Assembly: GCA_002269645.1 (NCBI GenBank)
Contig: NIVC01000946.1
Span: 124,001 to 188,000 of the forward strand
Length of the DNA: 64,000 nt
Direction of reading: 5' to 3'
Source: Macrostomum lignano
Taxonomy: Eukaryota
Made by a program: the position numbers and the translations under genes. Shown piece by piece: positions 37,721 to 64,000 of this stretch. The notes under the pieces are model-generated. The model had not been told where the DNA came from. It made no database searches and was given only the letters and a program-made list of their open reading frames with translations. Each line of letters begins with the position of its first letter. Positions within the stretch are counted from its first letter, which is position 1.

Positions 37721-38939
37721 CCTTTTTCGCTTTTCTGAAATAATTTGTTTATATTTATCAGCTGTTGTACTTTTTGCAGGAATAACTCCGTCGAGGCGTC
37801 GACCATTCAGAACCAAATCTTTAATAAGGTTATGAGACGTAAGCTGCAAGGAATAAGTTAGTTAAATTGTAATAAGAAGTATAGATTACCTTTGCGCAGC
37901 AGCTAAAATTTTCCGATACCTACAGAATGCCAAATTTCTCACGTTTCCAACGACATGTAAAGGTATCCTCTTCATCGTCATCGATAACAAAATACACGAT
38001 AGCTGACTCGCCTATCCGTGGACTTCTTAATTTGCTTTTGCTAAAAGTATAGTAATTTGAAATGACTACTGACATAATAATTATTGATGTGTGAGTAGAT
38101 AATATTAGTCCTTGCAGAGGCAAAAACTTAAGGAGTAATAACTAATAAACTCTCCATGCATATGTACATGCAAACATATATTTATATTTATAGATTCTAG
38201 ACTGAAACGCCTATAGATTCTATTCTCTTCTAAAAAAGGTGCAGAATCGATAAATTTAAAAATAGATACAAATGCAATTTTCCAGACCTTGCATTTTTAT
38301 ATCTTGCAATTAATAAATAGGAGACTGGATAAATAATAGTGAGCTTTTATTCGATATTCTACTGATAGTATAAATATAGAAAAAAAATTTCAAGCGAAAC
38401 CTCGGCTTCCTATTTGACCTTGAAATAATTCTCTTGACCTTTTTTTCAGTGGAATTTCAATCCCCTTTACATTGAGCAATTTCTTAGCCATGGCACATAC
38501 TGTACCGTCACTGGAAAATTTCTGATCGAATGTGTCAAGTTTCATGAACGAAATTGAGCCGATTACCAACTTTTAGTATATAAGAAAATGGTTAGATAGT
38601 AAAAGCAAAAATTACACGTAATGTATAAAATAAAAACTTTACTAAGTGTATATACGTTTTTACTATGTCCCAAACAGTACAATGTCTTCTCCCGGCTCCC
38701 CCTCTTTGTACTAGTCGTTTGATCGATTGGATCATTGCAGCGGTGGCGCGGTTTGTGTCTCAACTGGTTGCGGAGTGGGCTGCGGAAGTCCTCGATTACT
38801 TGACGCTCTTTAACCTCAATGCTCGGAGCTGGTCGCGACGCAGTTGTTACAAGTGCCTTCTGATTCCATGTGCTGATCGTAACGTCAGGTGACCATTGCA
38901 GTGGCGCTAAGAGCCGAGCTGAAGTGCCGCATCAGAGGC

Positions 38940-39950
38940 TCATACGCTGGCGCTCGCTCTCCTCGCCGCTAGTCAGTGTAGGCCGCCGTCCTGCCTTTCC
39001 TAGATCCACTGGGCGATTATCTGGCTATGCAGAGGTGGCGTCTTTTGAGCGGAGTCAGCAAAAGACAATGCGCAGTGCTTTAACTTCTGCCATGCATCAG
39101 CTTGGACGGGCTCTTGCCAGTCAGGGCGTGAGACATGCTGCGATAAGCCTCCAGGAACTGCAGCAGCACGCTTTGGCATTGTGCTCCGCCCTGGCTGCTC
39201 GGATGCCGTCCATCAGAGTGTAGAGTGTCTCTGGTGATAATCGTGTTCGCGCTCGGGTCGAAGTGCGCCAGGACCGGTGGATTGCAGATTCGGCTCCTGG
39301 AACGCTCGTTCGCATTCGGTCATCCAATTAAACTCGGCGGCAGCCTTGAAAAGAGGCCTCAGAGGCACCCTGGGAAAAGTTGGGCGCTAATCGCGTCAGG
39401 TAGTTGGTAACCCCAAAAACGCCTGAAGCTCCTTCCTAGCTATTTACCAGCTCCCTAAATACCTTGGTCTGAGACTCGGAGGGGTCCATGACGTCAGCCG
39501 AAAAGACGTAACCGAATAATTCGATCTCAGTCCTCCACAAGTGGTATTTTTCCTTGTTGGCCGTTAGGCCGACGTCCTTCATTCGCTTCAGCAGGGCTCG
39601 CAGCCTTGAATTGTGAAGACGATGAACTCCACTCCGCGCAGACTGGATATGAGGTCATCCAGCATCCTCTGAAAGGCAGAAATTGGGCCGAACGGCACCC
39701 GGCAGAACGCAGTAGATGCTCTGGTGCGTCGTAATGAATGCCGCCAAGTCTGCAGCTGTATCTTCATGTAGCCCACCTTGAGTTCGATCTTGGAGAACAC
39801 GCGACCGCCGGCTGTACTGATATTTTCCGAGATCTCGTCCAGCTGAGATATCGGATGTCGGTCGATGATGAGCGCCTCGTTCGACTCGCACACACACGTC
39901 GATGCAGACACAAATGTTGCCCTTCTTGTTGTTGGTGACAACCAGGTTGA
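38940..39950 (-). mobile_element. Degenerate Ty3/Gypsy pol remnant (RT and RNase H)
   Basis: ICVCID..NEALIIDRHPISQLDEI, RVFSKIELKVGY, FCRVPFG..AFQRMLDDLI (RT); ECERAFQE and ICNPPVLAHFDPSANTIIT (RT-RNase H connection), with several frameshifts and deletions. Confidence 0.88.
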
Positions 39951-40729
39951 AAATCCTGTTTTTTCTGGCTTGCCCCCTCCGTCTAAAGCTGCCATTCATT
40001 TTATTTTTCTCATTTTCATCTGCCCACATTTTCATTGGCTGGCGTCTTTTCATCTCTCTCTCGCGTGGGCTAGTCCAATCATGTGTCTCGCCGCTGAGGC
40101 ACCTGATTGACTAGCATTCCCTTTCTTCTCTCTCGCCCTTCAACTCTGTGATTTTTGCCCCCACCCCCAGCCCTGCGTGGCTAAGCCCACCCAGTCCCCT
40201 GCACAGTGCTCACCCAGTATTTATATGCGCGCGCGGCTCTCGCCCTCCCTGCTCTCTCTCTCTCACTCTAGCCCTACGCGTGCTTAAGTGAAAGTGAAGA
40301 TTCAACTAGAAGTACATTCAACTGAAGCTGAAAATATTAGAGGCCACGCCTGCATGAGCGCGACAAGTGACCCAGCCCGGTAAGACGCAGTGTTCGCTTT
40401 CGTTAGTTTGTATCGTCTCCATTACTCACTTCCGTCGCCACCGTCTTCCTTCGGGTTTGCGAAGTATCTATACGCCTCCAGACCCGTGCTCACCTCTGCC
40501 GCTGCTGAGTGGTTACCTGCTCACAGCCTCCTCATCTGCATCCCCCTCTCTCCGTGGGGCTGGCCGAGTGTCTGTACGCTCCCAGCCTCTCCACTTCCAC
40601 CTCGAAGTGTCCGTGCGCCTCAGGGGTCGCCACTCTCTCGCCTATCGCACCCGGCAAGCTCTGGACAGTCCAGTACCCGAACCCTTGATCGCCCCATCTG
40701 CGGTCCGCACGGACGGAAGCAGAAAATAC

Positions 40730-42654
40730 AACACGACCGGCTCAGCGGGAGCAGCCGGTATGGCAAGACGACCGCGCGAAAGACTCCGTTTGAGCAGGCG
40801 ACCAACCCGCGAGGCAGAGGAGGCCTTGGCGGCTGTCTATCTGCAGCGCCAGCAGGCTGCTGTTAATGACGCCATTCGGGCCGTCTCTGCCGCTGGGCCC
40901 GATGCCAGAGGCCGCGTGGCCTGGTCGGCTATCAATGCTCTGACGGGGCGAAAGCGGCGCATTCCACTCAACCTGTCAGGTGACTCTGCGGACGAGCGCA
41001 GGAACGCGCTGCGTGAGTTCTTCACCGCCATTGTCAACGCGCCGCCACCCCCGCTGCCAGACAGCCTAACGCTGCCGCCGGAGATGCCATTGCCGGCAGA
41101 GGAGAGCTTCAGCCTAGCACCAGTCAGCACAGCCAACGTTGTGAGGCTCGCCCAACAGTTACCGGGCGGGAAAGCGCTGGGTCCGGACGAGGTGCCCATC
41201 GAGGCGCTACGCATCCACTGTGTGGCTAGTGGGGCCGCCAGAGTGATGAATCGCGTGCTCTTCGGTGAGGAGGCACCCAACGAATGGACCACGGCGCACA
41301 TCGTCGCAGTTCCTAAGAAGCCGGGCACCACGAGGCTTGAGGAGCATCGAGGTATCTGCCTTCAGTCCTGCGCTGCGAAGTTGTTCAACCGGATGCTGTT
41401 ATCGCGGTTGCAGCCCGTGTTGGATCCGTACCTGCGCCATGAGCAGAACGGCTTCCGGCCCCATCGCGGCACAGTGACGCTGATCCTAGCTCTTCGTCGA
41501 GTCATCGAGGAAGCACGGATACGCCAGTCGATCCTGATTGTTATCTTCATAGATTTCAAGAAGGCATTCGACTCGGTCGTCAGGTCTGTGCTTCCAAAGG
41601 TGCACCGTGCGTACAACGTACCAGAGCAGCTGATTTCCGCCATCATGGCGATCTACCGTGATACGAAAGCTGCTATTTTAACACCGGACAGCCTATCGGA
41701 CTTCTTTGAGACATCCAGGGAGATACGCTTGCGCCGTTCCTGTTCGTTCTGGTGCTTGACTGGGAACTGCGGACTGCTCTTCCTACAAACGACGACGGCT
41801 TTCTGTTGCGGCGACGCGTGGGTCGACGTCAACCGGAGAGGCGGCTCAGCGTGCTTGGCTACGCTGACGACCTCGCCCTGCTGTCCTTAACTGTTGAGGG
41901 CGCCCAACGACAACTGGACAAGCTATTTGCTGTTGCGGCGAGTGTCGGCCTGGTGGTCAACACGCAAAAGACCGTCGTGCTCTGCGTGCCGGACGACATC
42001 GAGGCAGCGATTTTTTGCCGAGGCGCTGATGAACAGGCGACAGAGCTTCCGCGTTGTCGGCAGTTCGTCTACCTCGGCGGTCTGGTTCCCGGCGTCCGCG
42101 TGGATTTGCGGCGTCGCCACGGGCTTGCCTGGGCTGCCTTTCGTTCTGTGAGGGCAGTCCTGCAGTCCGAGGCCTTACCTGACCGCCAGAGGGCGGCGTT
42201 GTTCCAGGCGGTGTTCGAGACCGTCCTGCTGTACAACGACGAAACCTGGACGCTGACGGAGTCGCTCGAGCAACAAGTTGACGCGGCGCATGCTGGCCTG
42301 CTGCGCGCCGCCTTCAAGATCGGCTACAAGCGAGTGACCAACGCGGCTCTGTATCGCCTCGCTGGTCTGGTCCGTCCAAGCGACCTGCTGCGCCGTCGGC
42401 GACTCCAGCTCGCAGGCCACATCATCCGCGCCGAGTCGTACTGCCCAGAGCCGGTGCAGGAGGTGCTGCTGCTAACGCTGCAGGCACCCTACCGGCGGGG
42501 GCAGTCGCGCACTTGGCGTTTCGTCGACGGCCTGCTGACTGACGCCGGTGCCCCGGATTCGCGGCGGCGTGGCGTTCATCCACGACCTGGCCTTAAAGCG
42601 CGCCCTGTGACGCTAACCTGCGTATTCTGTTGTTGTTGTTGTTGTTGTTGTTGA
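40730..42654 (+). mobile_element. RTE-clade non-LTR retrotransposon, 5'-truncated, one frameshift near 41715, (TGT)n tail
   Basis: RT motifs KALGPDEVP, RGICLQSCAAKLFNRMLLSR, EQNGFRP, DFKKAFDSV, QGDTLAPFLF, YADDL, FVYLG; microsatellite tail 42628-42654. The 5' boundary is approximate. Confidence 0.92.
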
Positions 42655-43932
42655 TTGCGGAGTGCGGCTCCTTCAGATGGGGACCCAATTGAGGGCACCC
42701 AGGAGCCGCGCCACCAAGTGACCATCGGCAAGGTCGCTAAGGTTGTGAACTCCAAACAAGCGGCGTGTCGAATCCAAGGCGGGACATGTCAGTAGGTGAA
42801 ATTGGTCCACCTCGTCCTTGCAGAGCCTGCAGGTGGCCTCGTCGGTCGTCCCAATACGCTTCTTATAGTAAACCGACGTCGGACAGTGGCCTGCGCGGGT
42901 CTGCGAGACGAGGACCTTCTGATTTCTTGGGCCGTCGTGGAAGGTGAGGCGCCCCGAGTAGACTTCCCCCAGGTGACCCTCCAGGACGGGCTGGTACTGG
43001 ACGGACCTGCGCAGCAAGTTCTTGGCGGCAGCGAGCGCCAGCGGGATGTGCTGCTGCGGCAGGCTCGCGGCCCGCTTGGCCTCCCGGTCGGCCAGCTCAT
43101 TTCCATCGACGCCCACGTGCCCCGGGATCCACTGGATGGTGATGGCTGTGGCACGGATAGCGCATCGAATGAGGTCTTTGAGCTCCTCGAGCAGGCTGTT
43201 GGTGGTGGTAGAGTCGGCTTGGATGGCTCATATGGCGGCCTGGCTGTCGGTCAGGATAGCGGCATTTGGTGGTCCCTCCATCAAGATGTCGTCCAGGGCC
43301 AGGGAGAGGGCGCGGAGCTCGGCCTCAAAGGAGCTGCACCATCTGCCGGCCGCTGCACGCCCTGAACGGATGATCAGGTCCTGGCTGCTACAGTACAGTA
43401 TCCAGGCCGCTCCGCCCAGCTGGGTGCCGCCGGTGGCCGATCCATCGGTATAGTAGCAAGTGTCAGGAAGGCGCACTCTGCAGGTCTCCTCAAAGAGGTC
43501 GCGCCTGACCTGGATGTCATCGTACTTTTTGCAGGGACTGAGGAGATTAGGGAAGAGGCGAAGACGCTCCTGGCCGTTCAGCGCTTCCCAGGGAGGCGCG
43601 CGAATCCATGAGTTCAACAGTCTCTCAAACGGGAGGAGGTTGGTTAGAATTCTATCAGCTTGCTCCCGGAGTCCTCGGTTGGCCTTGAGACGGACGTCGG
43701 CTTCGCGCTCACAGATCTGGCGCCAAGGGTCGCTGGCCTTTCTTCTTTTGGCCTTTTCAACGGCGATGAGGGCTCTCCGTTTAGCCTCGACACTAATGGG
43801 GTCGCAATTTGCTTCCTTATAGACGGCCTCACAGGGAGTTTACTTCGGCAGACCGGTAACAAGTCTCAGGGCCTCACGCTGGGCCCGGTCCAACTCCTCC
43901 TATCTCGTTTTGGGCAGCCAAGGCATCCAAGC
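42655..43932 (-). mobile_element. 5'-truncated I-group (Nimb/Ingi-like) LINE with RNase H and CCHC domains, flanked by (CAA)n on both sides
   Basis: One frame with three nonsense codons: AWMPWL..ELDRAQREALRLVTGLPK*TPCEAVYKEA, then YTDGSA, SSFEAELRAL, ILTDSQAAI, QWIPGHVGVDGNELADREAK (RNase H), then RAGHC...CRLCKDEVDQFHLLTCP. Confidence 0.9.
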
Positions 43933-44482
43933 TGTTGTTGTTGTTGCTGCTTTGAGAAATGAGGAATAGGCCAGAAATGAAGGACTATTTTTTGTTCAAT
44001 ATGAAATGTATGAAGGCTATCCAAGAAAAAATACTGTGTAGTTATTAGTTATTGACTATAACAGTTATTTTCTCAGGATCACATATACTAGCTATTACAT
44101 GTAGCTTTGCTCGGTCGAAAAAGCATCAACAACTTCTAGCGGCGCTCTGAAAGGCATAAATAAACCAATTAGAATCCATATTTAAGAGCAGATCCCTTTT
44201 ATGAATCCCTATACCCACAATTAAAATTTTACAATCAACGCAAGATTGTCTGCCCAACGTCCTCCTGCCTACCTGCTCACCTGTTCAAAAGATCACTACT
44301 CACAATGCATGCTACCCTAGGCTAGCTCTGCAGCCTGTTTGGGGAGGTATCAGGTTGTGAGTATAATTTATGCGTCGCTTACATTGCTGCACAACTTGTC
44401 TTGCTGAGTGGCTAATTTAAAAAATGGGACGAGAAGCTAATGGGGGCTAAATTAATTTCAATAGCACGTAAATGACAATGTG

Positions 44483-44520
44483 CAAGGACTACTAAAGTCT
44501 ACTATTCCTAGTAGTCCTTG
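44483..44520. mobile_element. 38-bp hairpin mini-element with perfect 12-bp terminal inverted repeats CAAGGACTACTA
   Basis: CAAGGACTACTA...TAGTAGTCCTTG; a related 53-bp copy lies at 58812-58864. Confidence 0.55.
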
Positions 44521-44529
44521 TTGAACACG

Positions 44530-44820
44530 GAGGAAACCGTGGAGGGGAAACGCCAGAGGGGAAACACCGGAGGGGAAACGCCGGAGGGGAAACACCTGAG
44601 GGAAAACACATGAGGGAAAACACCTGAGGGAAAACACCTGAGGGAAAACACCTGAGGGAAAACACCTGAGGGAAAACACCTGAGGGAAAACACCTGAGGG
44701 AAAACACCTGAGGGAAAACACCTGAGGGAAAACACCTGAGGGAAAACACCTGAGGGAAAACACCTGAGGGAAAACACCTGAGAGAAAACACCTGAGGGAA
44801 AACACCTGAGGGAAAATATC
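44530..44820. repeat. Minisatellite, 14-bp unit CACCTGAGGGAAAA
   Basis: About 20 units. Confidence 0.97.
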
Positions 44821-45245
44821 CGCAAGCCACCAGACACAGCCATGCATAAGCGTAAAACATCAATCTGAACGAGAAGCTTATGAGAGTTCATTGCAAGAGC
44901 TTAAACTCATTGGTTTAAAGCCGACAGACTCATTCTCTCTTGCATTGCCATGGCGACAGAAAAATAAAATAAAAATATACCAGGCCTGAGTACGATGTAA
45001 AACTAGCTGGAGAACTGGATTAAAGGAGGGAGGAGGTCTTGTAATCTCGGATCCATCCAATGAGCATGCTAAAATTTGTAAATTCACATATATTCCCTCG
45101 TAGGGTAAAGTTTTCTATCTCAATCCCCAGGTCCCATATCCCTAGCAACTCGCTCGGATCTCATTTTTTCAACTAATTACCGTCTGTAATAGCTTACTAA
45201 TTGTCAGCTTCTGAAGGCACGAATTGCCTCAGCACTCGGCGATCA

Positions 45246-63724
<18,479 letters not shown>

Positions 63725-64000
63725 GTACGCTATTGATACACGCATTTACCACACATTCAACGTTCTGCACTCTGTGACTATCTTTAAACTGCATGAACTT
63801 TTCTCATGATGCGCGCAAAATACCTCCCTTGCAGATTATGTGCAGTGTGTTTTGACTCGAAACGACTTCAATTTTTATCGGTACCCATGGTCCGTGACAA
63901 AACAGGGGGAGGTGTGCAAACCCTGGGCCACCGTCGATGCAACTTACAAAGAGTACAATTCGTCGTGTATTTCTTGTGAGCACCGTTAACATCATTTTAG

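Noticed and set aside
37717-38123. Possible small minus-strand exons (GESAIVYFVIDDDEED; QLTSHNLIKDLVLNGRR)
   Set aside because: Could not build a consistent spliced model or recognise a family.
39121-39327. RARTRLSPETLYTLM resembling a hAT dimerisation motif
   Set aside because: Another frame gives a clear Gypsy PPVLAHFDP motif continuous with the RT remnant.

Overview
Eukaryotic (metazoan) genomic DNA with spliceosomal introns and no prokaryotic features. The minisatellite-packed introns and compact splice signals suggest a flatworm such as Macrostomum (inference only). Genes reconstructed by hand from GT-AG junctions and frame checks: (1) 3' end of a TRAF-zinc-finger/coiled-coil gene (+); (2) intronless Rab39/42-like GTPase (-); (3) DZIP3/TTC3/RNF214-like coiled-coil RING-H2 ligase (-); (4) Rab3 (-); (5) CLK/LAMMER kinase (-); (6) a very large secreted mosaic lectin-like gene (+, from 45246, runs off the window) with C-type lectin, kringle, F5/8C and fucolectin-like modules. 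Between and inside them lie about 20 different tandem repeats and many mobile-element remnants (Tc1/IS630-like, hAT MITE, foldbacks, Crypton-like fragment, Gypsy, RTE, RNase H LINEs, tRNA-type SINE). Top observations: Rab3 carries three tandem, homologous, same-phase versions of coding exon 3 (an apparent mutually exclusive exon cassette that swaps the alpha3-beta5 effector-specificity loop and NKxD region); a 54-bp VNTR in the lectin gene is a 29-fold in-frame amplification of a 3' splice site; an RNase H LINE sits inside the (TTG)n tail of an RTE element; a 3.4-kb CpG-eroded island shows methylation-type decay; and a 30-nt antisense copy of the Rab39 P-loop region lies in the probable 3' UTR of the neighbouring RING gene.
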